Shown here piece by piece: positions 40,925 through 49,942 of a stretch of DNA of 64,000 nt (within the stretch, counting starts at the first letter, position 1; each line of letters begins with the position of its first letter). The notes beneath the pieces are model-generated. The model had not been told where the DNA came from. It was given only the letters and a program-made list of their open reading frames with translations, and made no database searches. The DNA is from a virus (lineage: Duplodnaviria > Caudoviricetes): IMG/VR virus record IMGVR_UViG_3300022594_000001; one strand, given 5' to 3'. The position numbers and the translations under genes are program-made.

Positions 40925-42115
40925 ATGAAGACTGCTGACAAACTACTTAACGTTTTAGTAAAAAATCATAGCGAGAATCTCAACAATTCTTTGCCGTATA
41001 AGGATGCACGAATTTTACATAGCTTGTGTAAGAGCATTAACGGTGATACTTTTATTACTGAAAATCAAGCAAAGCTGTTAATTAAAATTTTTAAAGAAAA
41101 TCAAAAGGTATTAAAAGTGCTTGACGATGAATTTGCAGATATAGTTGCTGATCCTACGTGGTCTCAACCATTTCGTCCTCAGGACACAACTAAAAAAGTA
41201 TACATTGGAAAAATCAATGATGATGCTGAAGCCATTGTCATCGAATTTGCATATTCTTCCTCTATTCGCAAAAAAGTGCAGTCACTAACAAAGACTGTTT
41301 CCGGAATGGCCCAGGTACAAAGTGGCAAAATGTTTTATGCCGACTTCACTGAAAAGAACATTGTTACTATTGTTGACGAGCTTAAAGAATTTAATTTTGT
41401 TATCGAAGAAAGAGTGAAAAATTTCTACGATACCATCAAATCTTGGGACAAAAATGTGGTAAGGGATCAGTTCCTATTAACGAACATTGTACACGATACC
41501 TTCCAAAAACAAATTACTGCAGACCTCGGTATTGACACTGCGATTGATCAAACCATCATTTCTGACCGTAGTAACCGGTATCAATATTTTACCGAAAAAA
41601 CCGAAAAAAATCCGGAAAATTTGACTGAAAAAATTGCCTTACGAAATTCATCTAAAATTTGGATTGACAAGAATGCCACACCACTTGAAGAAATTTTTGA
41701 AAGTTTAACTGAACTAAAAAGATTACCAGCACTTATTGTCTTTGACTCATTCGACTCAAAAGCATGTTCAAAAGAAATGGTAAAAATCAGTGAAATTTTG
41801 GAAAAAAATGGAATTTTTGACGACGTTGGAATTTACTTCAGATTGAACAACGATGAGAGTGGAAAAGTTTTTAATGACCTTATTAAAGATAAAAAGTATA
41901 ATTGTAAGTTAACATCTACTACAAAAATTGTAGGTGTGCAAAGCGGAAAAATTCCTAAATTTTTGTTAAAAACTGACTGGAAACCAATGAGTGTAATTTC
42001 AATTGGTACAGTACTAAGGCATAGCAAAACGGCAGTGTACGCCAACTGTTGTGATTTAATTATATCGTACACAGACAAGGAACCGATAATCGAGCCAAAA
42101 ATGATATGGGAATAA
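40925..42115 (+). CDS. hypothetical protein
   Basis: 396-aa ORF after a strong promoter, coupled to uvsW. Confidence 0.7.
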   Translation: MKTADKLLNVLVKNHSENLNNSLPYKDARILHSLCKSINGDTFITENQAKLLIKIFKENQKVLKVLDDEFADIVADPTWSQPFRPQDTTKKVYIGKINDDAEAIVIEFAYSSSIRKKVQSLTKTVSGMAQVQSGKMFYADFTEKNIVTIVDELKEFNFVIEERVKNFYDTIKSWDKNVVRDQFLLTNIVHDTFQKQITADLGIDTAIDQTIISDRSNRYQYFTEKTEKNPENLTEKIALRNSSKIWIDKNATPLEEIFESLTELKRLPALIVFDSFDSKACSKEMVKISEILEKNGIFDDVGIYFRLNNDESGKVFNDLIKDKKYNCKLTSTTKIVGVQSGKIPKFLLKTDWKPMSVISIGTVLRHSKTAVYANCCDLIISYTDKEPIIEPKMIWE

Positions 42116-43575
42116 AATTAATAATAAAAGATGAAGTAAACATCAAATTTGAAGGTCTTTCGCTTGATGCTCGTAAAAAATTAGCTAATACATTTAAGTA
42201 TGAAGATCCAACTGCAAGGTACCGCCCGGCATTTAAATTAGGACGCTGGGACGGGACAACTAGTATGTTTGGACTAGGTGGTAACGGTTATTTAAACCAG
42301 TTAAAAAAGTGTTTCGAAATACTTAGTGACCTAGATATTGATATTGACGAAGTAGATGATTTAAGAAAACCTGTAAAAATTGAATTTGAAGAAGTTAAAA
42401 ATAGTTATTGGGCGGATCTAGGTAAAGTGTGGCCGGAAGGACATAGATTTGCAGGACAACCTATAATGTTACGTGACGATCAGGTTGAAGTTGTTAACAG
42501 ATTTTTCACAAATACGCAGGCATTACAAGAAGTAGCAACAGGCGCCGGCAAAACAATTATGACTGCTACTCTAGCTCACTGTGCTGAGAAATACGGTCGT
42601 ACTGTTACTATTGTTCCTAACAAAGACTTAGTTACACAAACAGAAGAAGATTTTATCAACGTTGGTTTAGACGTGGGTGTTTATTTTGGTGATCGTAAAA
42701 TGACTGGACATAAGCATACTATTTGTACTTGGCAAAGTCTAAACGTGCTAGATAAGAAATCTAAAAACTGGGATGCAGAGTTAGCACTAACATTAGCAGA
42801 ATTTTTAGAAGATGTAGAAACTGTTATTGTTGACGAAGTGCATATGGCTAAGGCAAATGTATTGCAAGCACTACTTACGCAAAACTTAAGAAATGCTCCC
42901 ATTCGTTGGGGATTAACAGGAACTGTACCAAAAGATGAATTTGAGTCAGCACCAATTTTTGCAAGCATTGGACCAGTTGTAGGCGGCATTAAAGCACACG
43001 AATTACAGGACTTAGGTGTATTAAGTAATTTACAAATTCAAATATTACAACTAATAGACTTACCAGAATTTAAGTCATACTCGGAAGAATTAAAGTACCT
43101 AGTTACTAATAAAGAACGTATGACATACTTGGCAAATTTAATCAAAGGCATAGCGGATACAGGCAATACATTAATCCTAGTTAACAGGATTGATACAGGC
43201 AAATTTTTAACAGAACTAATACCAGAAGCAGCATTTATTTCGGGTGAAGTTAAGGGAACAAAGAGAAAAGAGGAGTACAAAGAACATGCAGTCAATGATA
43301 ACAAGATCACTGTGGCGACTTTTGGTGTGGCCGCTGTGGGTATTAATATTCCTCGTATTTTTAATTTGGTTCTTCTTGAGCCCGGAAAGAGCTTTGTCCG
43401 CGTTATACAAAGTATTGGGCGAGGCATTAGAAAAGCAGAAGATAAAGACTTCGTACAAATATGGGACGTTACGTCCACGTGTAAGTATGCGAAGCGTCAC
43501 CTCACCCAGAGGAAGAAATTTTACAAGGATGCCAAATATCCCTTCTCGATTGAGAAAGTGGACTGGCAAAAATAA
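42106..43575 (+). CDS. uvsW: SF2 DNA helicase
   Basis: ATGAGKT, VIVDEVH, GLTGT, IQSIGRGIRK. Confidence 0.9.
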   Translation: MGIKLIIKDEVNIKFEGLSLDARKKLANTFKYEDPTARYRPAFKLGRWDGTTSMFGLGGNGYLNQLKKCFEILSDLDIDIDEVDDLRKPVKIEFEEVKNSYWADLGKVWPEGHRFAGQPIMLRDDQVEVVNRFFTNTQALQEVATGAGKTIMTATLAHCAEKYGRTVTIVPNKDLVTQTEEDFINVGLDVGVYFGDRKMTGHKHTICTWQSLNVLDKKSKNWDAELALTLAEFLEDVETVIVDEVHMAKANVLQALLTQNLRNAPIRWGLTGTVPKDEFESAPIFASIGPVVGGIKAHELQDLGVLSNLQIQILQLIDLPEFKSYSEELKYLVTNKERMTYLANLIKGIADTGNTLILVNRIDTGKFLTELIPEAAFISGEVKGTKRKEEYKEHAVNDNKITVATFGVAAVGINIPRIFNLVLLEPGKSFVRVIQSIGRGIRKAEDKDFVQIWDVTSTCKYAKRHLTQRKKFYKDAKYPFSIEKVDWQK

Positions 43576-43580
43576 GGATT

Positions 43581-44087
43581 ATGCAGATACTAACATTAGA
43601 TAACAAGACATTCGATTTAAACAATTTACCAGACGAAGTAGATGACAATACTAGGTTTGCCGTACTAGATAACAGTACACCTAGTGAACCAGATTTTTTC
43701 TTTCAACCACTGATATTTTTAGAGTCATTTAACGCACCGGCAATGGTATTAAGAATCGGTGATGACGAAGTTACAATGCCCATTGATTGGAGCATTGCTG
43801 TAGGGGATAGTACTGCTGCTAGCGATATTGAAATTTTACCGTTAACTAGTTTAAACGACAGGGGATTTGAAGCATTAGTTTTTAACCCACTAAGTTCATT
43901 TAGAGTTGAATTTAAAAAGATTCAAATTGTAAATTTTTACAATGACGTTAAATGGTATTTTCCTAAAATGAAAAACGGGCATTTATTATCAGTCCCGACC
44001 CGCATGGGGGATAAACCACCATGCGCATACTTTGTTAAAGAAATTAGTAGACAAAGCGAAATTATTCAATTAGATAAGTTATTATGA
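43581..44087 (+). CDS. hypothetical beta-rich protein
   Basis: SD AAGGA; coupled ORF. Confidence 0.65.
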   Translation: MQILTLDNKTFDLNNLPDEVDDNTRFAVLDNSTPSEPDFFFQPLIFLESFNAPAMVLRIGDDEVTMPIDWSIAVGDSTAASDIEILPLTSLNDRGFEALVFNPLSSFRVEFKKIQIVNFYNDVKWYFPKMKNGHLLSVPTRMGDKPPCAYFVKEISRQSEIIQLDKLL

Positions 44088-44662
44088 TTGCTAATGTTTT
44101 ATATGCTGTTCCAATTTGGGATATAACGTATCCTGATTTTGCGTTTGAGAAAGATTCTCTTATTAGAGACTTTAAAGATTATTTAAAAGATAATCCTACG
44201 GAAATTCGATCAAATGTTAACGGACAGCATAGTAAAACATTACTCCACGAAGACTTTAGATTTAAAAAGTTGTTTGATTACATTACATTCGTATGTAATG
44301 AAGCTGCGGATTCTATCGGATTAGACAAGAATCTGCGTGTTATGGAATCATGGGTTAATATTAATAATACACCCGGTGCGTTCAATCTCCAACATATACA
44401 CGGAGGAGTAGTATCTGGAATTTTCTATGTACAAGTTCCTAAAGGCAGTGGAAATTTATATCTGTCTAATCCGGCTCCTATAAACTTATGGGAGGGATTA
44501 AATAATGCCTATGAACGCAATGAGTATTCTGGGGAGACAAGGGAAGTGCATCCTATAGAAGGTACAATCCTTATGTTTCCAAGTTACTTGCCACATAGTG
44601 TTGGCCCTAACACATCAGAAGTTGAACGCATATCAGTGGCATTTAATACTACAAGGAAATAA
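44084..44662 (+). CDS. 2OG-Fe(II) oxygenase-like protein
   Basis: SWVNIN, HIH..SGIFYV, FPSYLPHSV, RISVAFN. Confidence 0.8.
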   Translation: MIANVLYAVPIWDITYPDFAFEKDSLIRDFKDYLKDNPTEIRSNVNGQHSKTLLHEDFRFKKLFDYITFVCNEAADSIGLDKNLRVMESWVNINNTPGAFNLQHIHGGVVSGIFYVQVPKGSGNLYLSNPAPINLWEGLNNAYERNEYSGETREVHPIEGTILMFPSYLPHSVGPNTSEVERISVAFNTTRK

Positions 44663-44663
44663 T

Positions 44664-44945
44664 ATGGGGAGTCTTAAACCGGGTGCTAAACTCGTATACG
44701 AACGTGCAGACAATGTAGTTTATTCTAGAGAATTTGGGTCAGACCCTAGCTCACGACAAGTTGTAGGTTGGGACTACGATCCTGAAAATCCACTATTTGA
44801 TCCAAAGGCTGAAGGTAAAAAAGAACTAGACGAACATAACGAATGGATAAGAATTCGACTAGAAGCAAAAACCAATCCTGCTTTACAAAAGGCAGTGGAT
44901 CGTGTTATAATGATATACAAATTAAGTAAGGACAAATTACCATGA
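44664..44945 (+). CDS. hypothetical protein
   Basis: True start MGSLKPG at 44664 after AAGGA. Confidence 0.65.
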   Translation: MGSLKPGAKLVYERADNVVYSREFGSDPSSRQVVGWDYDPENPLFDPKAEGKKELDEHNEWIRIRLEAKTNPALQKAVDRVIMIYKLSKDKLP

Positions 44946-45595
44946 CATTGAAAGTTGCATACTTTCAGCCAACTATAATGGCTATTGATCAAATTCCCCC
45001 GATCGAATTTAGCAAAATATACACGCTGGCAAATGAGATACATCAGCATTCAGAATTACATGATGCAGCAAATCCTTTTCTAAATATTAGAGGAGGACAG
45101 CAAATTCAAGTGTATCCTAATAAAATAAATCTTGATGTTAACTGGCTAGTAAGTTACTTAGAAACATTGTGTCAAGGTTATATGGAACTTGTAACTGCGC
45201 AAAGCGGTGCTGAAGATTTAAAACTTTGCAAACCACAAGTTATTAGTATATGGTCCATTAGACAAAAACAAGGTGACTATCAAGAAATGCACAGTCATCC
45301 AGCTGGACATATAAGTGGCAACATGTATGTTACAGTTCCTGAATATGAAGACGGTAGTAATCCGACAGATGGACAAATTGCATTTAAAATGCCCTTTACT
45401 AAAGATGTTAGTAAATTTATTTTAAATGATACATGGAAGAATCAACCCCAAGCAGGCAGTATAATGGTTTTTCCAAGTCATATTCCACATACAGTTTATC
45501 CGTGGAAAGGCAACGGATACAGAACTGTGCTTTCCTTTGATGCTATACTAAGACCAAAGGATGATTTGCTACCACCGGAGTTTAGAAATGGGTAA
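44942..45595 (+). CDS. 2OG-Fe(II) oxygenase-like protein
   Basis: HSHP...SG.MY, FPSHIPHTVYP, R.VLSFD. Confidence 0.78.
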   Translation: MTLKVAYFQPTIMAIDQIPPIEFSKIYTLANEIHQHSELHDAANPFLNIRGGQQIQVYPNKINLDVNWLVSYLETLCQGYMELVTAQSGAEDLKLCKPQVISIWSIRQKQGDYQEMHSHPAGHISGNMYVTVPEYEDGSNPTDGQIAFKMPFTKDVSKFILNDTWKNQPQAGSIMVFPSHIPHTVYPWKGNGYRTVLSFDAILRPKDDLLPPEFRNG

Positions 45596-46073
45596 GAATA
45601 AGCACGTTGATTTATTTAACGATATGATACCCGCAGTTGATATGAATGTCAAAGAACTGTGGGATGCCGTTACGGACGAAGGACGTAAAGAAATTAAAGG
45701 TGACTTGTGGAATCTTACCAGGTATATCAGTAACGTAGACTCAACAAATGTGGAAGTACAGCAGCATTATGTGTTAACAGTAAACGAATACTATAATAAG
45801 CATTGGAACTTGCTACAAAAGAATCATCCAAAGTTATTGTGGTTGTTATTGTGTATGTGTAATTATGACGGTAAGACTAAATTTTTTCATAAATGGCTTC
45901 CTTTGTCAAAAACTCCAGTAGACAAGAAAACAAGATTCTTAATGGAGATATACCCAGATATGAAAGCAGACGAAATAGAATTGCTTGCTAAAATTAACAC
46001 AGATAAAGAAATCAAAGAACTTGCTCGACAGCACGGTATGGATGACGCTACTATTGCAAAGAAATTTAAATGA
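45588..46073 (+). CDS. hypothetical protein, possibly clamp-loader small subunit (gp62)-like
   Basis: Helical, FHKW motif, replication context; similarity is weak and from memory. Confidence 0.35.
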   Translation: MGKNKHVDLFNDMIPAVDMNVKELWDAVTDEGRKEIKGDLWNLTRYISNVDSTNVEVQQHYVLTVNEYYNKHWNLLQKNHPKLLWLLLCMCNYDGKTKFFHKWLPLSKTPVDKKTRFLMEIYPDMKADEIELLAKINTDKEIKELARQHGMDDATIAKKFK

Positions 46074-46765
46074 TGAATTTAACTGGAACTACATCTTTTA
46101 CTTGTCAGTATTGTAATCACAAATTTACTAAAGAAAAAACTTTAGCAGTGCATGTTTGTGAGCAAAAACGAAGAGCACTTGCACGTACAGAAAGGCATGT
46201 AGTACTAGGATATGACACCTATAATAAATTTTATAAACTCACTCAAAACTCCAAAGGTGACAAAAGTTATGACGATTTTGCTCGAAGTCCTTACTATAAT
46301 GCTTTTGTTAAGTTTGGTAGCTTTGTTAGCAATGTCAATCCCTTATATCCAGATAGATTCATTCACTATGTTATTACTTCTGGGGTCAAGTTAGATCATT
46401 GGTGTCGAGACGAATTGTACGACAAGTATGTTGTAGATTTAGTTAAAACTGAAACAGTAGAAACTGCTCTCGAACGCAGTATTAAACATATGATGGATTG
46501 GGGAGAAGCAAACAATGCTCCGTGGAACCATTATTTCTTATATGTTAGTTTAAGTCGAGCAACGTATGATATTAAAGATGGCAAGATTAGTCCTTGGTTT
46601 TTATTAAACTCTAGTAACGGAAAATCACTACTGAAGAAATTGAACGATGAACAACTCAGTGCAATAAACAGCATTATGGATGTACCATTCTGGTTTAACA
46701 AATTTAAAAAACTTCCAGCTGATGTTGAACTTGTTAAACAAGTTGTCAAGGAGAGTAATATATAA
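46070..46765 (+). CDS. protein with N-terminal C2H2-like zinc finger
   Basis: FTCQYCNHKFTKEKTLAVHVC. Confidence 0.6.
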   Translation: MMNLTGTTSFTCQYCNHKFTKEKTLAVHVCEQKRRALARTERHVVLGYDTYNKFYKLTQNSKGDKSYDDFARSPYYNAFVKFGSFVSNVNPLYPDRFIHYVITSGVKLDHWCRDELYDKYVVDLVKTETVETALERSIKHMMDWGEANNAPWNHYFLYVSLSRATYDIKDGKISPWFLLNSSNGKSLLKKLNDEQLSAINSIMDVPFWFNKFKKLPADVELVKQVVKESNI

Positions 46766-47331
46766 TGCCAGATATCGATATAGACTTTGCAAATAGAAAA
46801 AAAGCACTTGAAAAGTTCAAGCACGTTGCTGCTTCCATTGAAGAAAATGGTAATTTTAAAAAGCACAATACTGGCGTGTATTGTACTTCTATCCCGTACA
46901 ACCCAATTACTGGTTCAAGTACTATTGATTATAAATTGGCAGAAAAAAGGGGATATTTTAAACTCGATTTCCTCAACGTAAGTGTGTACGAAGGCGTTAT
47001 AAGTAAACAGCATCTAAATTCTTTGATGCAAATGGAGCCTTTATGGGACTTACTGGAACAGGACGAATTCACAGATATGCTATTTCATGTGAATGGGCAC
47101 GGGGACATTTTGAGAAAAATGAAACCAAGATCGATCGAGCAATTGGCTGCGGTATTGGCGATGATTCGCCCTGCAAAACGCCACTTGATAGGGAAAGATT
47201 GGAACGACGTGAACAGCGAAGTTTGGCTGAAACCAGAAGGCGATGAATATTATTTTAAAAAGGCACATGCAATTGCGTATGCGCATGTGGTAGTTGTACA
47301 AATGAATTTAATCTGTGAAGGATTAAATTAA
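46765..47331 (+). CDS. miniature DNA polymerase III alpha (DnaE)-like protein
   Basis: PDIDID, KHNTGV, GYFKLDFL, KP.SIE.LAAVLAMIRP, YFKKAHAIAYA in DnaE order. Confidence 0.8.
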   Translation: MPDIDIDFANRKKALEKFKHVAASIEENGNFKKHNTGVYCTSIPYNPITGSSTIDYKLAEKRGYFKLDFLNVSVYEGVISKQHLNSLMQMEPLWDLLEQDEFTDMLFHVNGHGDILRKMKPRSIEQLAAVLAMIRPAKRHLIGKDWNDVNSEVWLKPEGDEYYFKKAHAIAYAHVVVVQMNLICEGLN

Positions 47332-47702
47332 CGTCCTTTTCTAACTAGCTGTACAGACTTACGTTTTACACGTTTAAGCGTTAAATTCATTAGGTTAACT
47401 ACTGGCCCTAACACAATGCGAACATCCTTGCTGTTGAACGTTTTAACAGCATACGCAAATGGTGTTACTTGGTCTCTACAAAAAATATTGATAGGAAATT
47501 GACGATTACTTTCCCACCACCAAGTTTCTCCTACCTCTAAAAATGCCGTTTTTTCCTCGGGAGTACGTATGGCATTTAAATCATAGAAGCTGGTTACAAA
47601 TTGGTCTTGGTTAATAATAATGCCTATATATTCTTCGCCGCCGTAGTTAATTACGCTTATAAACGGTAAATTTTGTTCTATGTTGTCTCTTAGTTTTGCC
47701 AT
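47328..47702 (-). CDS. hypothetical protein
   Basis: True start MAKLRDN at 47702; TATAAATA on minus strand 47747-47754. Confidence 0.6.
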   Translation of the reverse strand: MAKLRDNIEQNLPFISVINYGGEEYIGIIINQDQFVTSFYDLNAIRTPEEKTAFLEVGETWWWESNRQFPINIFCRDQVTPFAYAVKTFNSKDVRIVLGPVVNLMNLTLKRVKRKSVQLVRKGR

Positions 47703-47728
47703 AAATACATTAATAAAGGTTTGCCAGA

Positions 47729-48820
47729 ATGCAAAAAATCTCAACATATTTATATCCAAACAGGATACAACTATTAGCCGATTTGGCGGGCTTCAATGTG
47801 GAGTATACAAACGTGTATCAAAGAACAGTAAAGATTTATCAGGGCGTTGATAATGTTCTAGAATTTGACATCAAGAACGCAGACGAGAAGCGAATAGAAT
47901 TAGTTACGAGCCCAGTAATTACAGATATTGCATTAAACGTTATGGATGCAAGCGGTAATGCCCTACCAACTAGTCCATATACTGTAACACCTAGCACAAC
48001 AATCACAGGCATTGCAACTGTCACAATTCCTAGCGCAGATTTAGAAGGGTTAACCTCTCAATTTTTAACGTATAGTGTAACTGCTACAAAAGATACAGCT
48101 ACTATTCCTTTATACGGAGATAGTAGATTTGGATTAAATGGAACAATTGAGTTAATCACCGATGCTATGCCAAAAGCTCGTCCTTCGAGAGTTATAAAAG
48201 ACTTTGCAGCAGAAATCGATTTGCAAGGACGCCCAATTTATCATAGCAGTAGCATTCCTGCAAAATTCTATGAAGCAGTAAAAACTGAAACTTTGTCATT
48301 TGATATTCACGTAACTGGATTTGTAGGTTCAATTTGGATTGACGCAGCAACCAGTGATACAATTAGTGTTGAATCATGGAGGGCTGCTGGACGCCCATTC
48401 GGAACTTGGATTTGGAGTGGAGACTTGTTTACTGGTACTATACCATTTGCAACAACAGTTCCAGTAGGCGACTACGCTTATTTTAGAGTATCATATCAAA
48501 CACCTACCTTTAACGGAATGGGTGCTATTTTTGATGTTACACGCACTGGTGGTAATTACAATGTTACTATTAGTAAAGGTGGAACAGGTTACGGCGCTGG
48601 CGCAATTATTCGAGTTCCGGGAAGTTTATTAGGCGGCGTTGATGTTACAAACGACTTGTTCATAAACGTTACTGGATTAGAAGGTGGCGGCAATTCTAGC
48701 TATGTTGTAAGCTCAATTACAACTATAACCCATACAGGAACAGCCGCAGCCGGTACTGGAACTTATACAGTTTCGGGTACTAATTATGCCGGAATAGTTG
48801 ACTCTGTAACAGTGAGTTAG
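47729..48820 (+). CDS. late virion-type protein with beta-repeat module
   Basis: TAAATA 47702-47707; carries the GAIFDVTR.GG.Y...GG.GY...LLGG...NDL module found in 11923..19563. Confidence 0.55.
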   Translation: MQKISTYLYPNRIQLLADLAGFNVEYTNVYQRTVKIYQGVDNVLEFDIKNADEKRIELVTSPVITDIALNVMDASGNALPTSPYTVTPSTTITGIATVTIPSADLEGLTSQFLTYSVTATKDTATIPLYGDSRFGLNGTIELITDAMPKARPSRVIKDFAAEIDLQGRPIYHSSSIPAKFYEAVKTETLSFDIHVTGFVGSIWIDAATSDTISVESWRAAGRPFGTWIWSGDLFTGTIPFATTVPVGDYAYFRVSYQTPTFNGMGAIFDVTRTGGNYNVTISKGGTGYGAGAIIRVPGSLLGGVDVTNDLFINVTGLEGGGNSSYVVSSITTITHTGTAAAGTGTYTVSGTNYAGIVDSVTVS

Positions 48821-48826
48821 TATAAT
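48798..48826 (+). promoter_or_regulatory. sigma70 promoter of primase
   Basis: TTGACT-17-TATAAT, 5 nt before ATG 48832. Confidence 0.8.
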
Positions 48827-48831
48827 GGGGT

Positions 48832-49845
48832 ATGAGCCTCATTATCGAAACAATACAAGCATACTTACCTCCTAAGCGAAAGGTTACACTTAGCGGCTGG
48901 ACAAGTTTCAATGCCCCTTGCTGTAGCGATAAAAAACAACGAGGCGGCCTTATTATTAATGCAGGCGAAGCTGTAAGTTATCATTGTTTTAATTGCGGCT
49001 TTAAAGCAAGTTGGCAACCGGGTAGGCACATTAGTCAAAAGATGAATAAACTAATGCGGTTGCTTAACATCCCAGACGATGTTATTAATCAATTACGCCT
49101 AGAAGCACTTCGATTAGATGAAAATAATAACACAGTAATCCGAAGCATCATTCCTAAATTTGAAGAACGCACTTTACCAGAAGGTGCAAAAAGTTTAGAG
49201 GCATGGGGCAATTGGATTGAATTACAGGGTCCGGAAAATACAGAGCAGAGTTTAATTGATGCATTTTGTTACTTACGCAATATCCGTGGTTTAGATCCGT
49301 ATGCGGCAGAATACTACTGGACTAATAAAGTAGGATTCAAAAATAGAATTATTATACCGTTTACATATCAAGGTAAACTAGTTGGTTACACCGCAAGAGC
49401 AATTAAACCAGAAATTAGTCCTAAGTATCTAAGTGAACAACAGCCAGGATATGTGTTTAATTTAGATGCACAAACGTTTGATCGTGAATTCGTAATTGTT
49501 TGCGAAGGCCCATTTGATGCGATAAGTATTGACGGATGTGCATTGCTAGGTGCAGAAATTAAAGATAGTCAAAACTGGTTGTTAAAGCAACTAGGCAAAG
49601 AAATTATTCTAGTACCTGATAGAGACGAAGCAGGCAAAGCAACACTAGAAAAAGCGTTAGAATATGGATGGTCAATTAGTATGCCTGATTGGCCCAACAA
49701 TGTTAAAGACGTTAACGATGCTGTACTAAAATTAGGTAGACTAGCAACGTTATGGTTAATAGTTAGTGCAAAAGAATCGAATAATCTTAAAATTCAATTG
49801 CGAGCTAAAAAATGGTTTAAGGATAACAATGAAGAAACTAATTGA
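48832..49845 (+). CDS. gp61: DNA primase
   Basis: N-terminal Zn ribbon (CC...HCFNC); TOPRIM EGPFDA and PDRDEAG. Confidence 0.88.
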   Translation: MSLIIETIQAYLPPKRKVTLSGWTSFNAPCCSDKKQRGGLIINAGEAVSYHCFNCGFKASWQPGRHISQKMNKLMRLLNIPDDVINQLRLEALRLDENNNTVIRSIIPKFEERTLPEGAKSLEAWGNWIELQGPENTEQSLIDAFCYLRNIRGLDPYAAEYYWTNKVGFKNRIIIPFTYQGKLVGYTARAIKPEISPKYLSEQQPGYVFNLDAQTFDREFVIVCEGPFDAISIDGCALLGAEIKDSQNWLLKQLGKEIILVPDRDEAGKATLEKALEYGWSISMPDWPNNVKDVNDAVLKLGRLATLWLIVSAKESNNLKIQLRAKKWFKDNNEETN

Positions 49846-49942
49846 TTTTATTTTAACACCTTGGCACAAGTGGCAAGAGCATCGAGCTTATAAAAAGCGT
49901 ATTGCAGAATTGCGTAAACGTGATCCATTTATCTACAAATGA
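49829..49942 (+). CDS. 37-aa basic peptide (MKKLIDFILTPWHKWQEHRAYKKRIAELRKRDPFIYK)
   Basis: Not in the ORF track; AAGGA SD; ATGA overlap with next gene; the RKRDPFIYK ending is recalled from aquatic T4-like phages. Confidence 0.65.
   Translation: MKKLIDFILTPWHKWQEHRAYKKRIAELRKRDPFIYK

Noticed and set aside
43486-43496. GCGAAGC inside uvsW
   Set aside because: It encodes YAKR, the stem is short and it is isolated, so it is probably coincidental.
43581-44087. Possible intein/Hint domain after uvsW
   Set aside because: It is a separate ORF with its own SD, lacks an N-terminal Cys/Ser and a terminal His-Asn, and its fold cannot be judged without a profile search.
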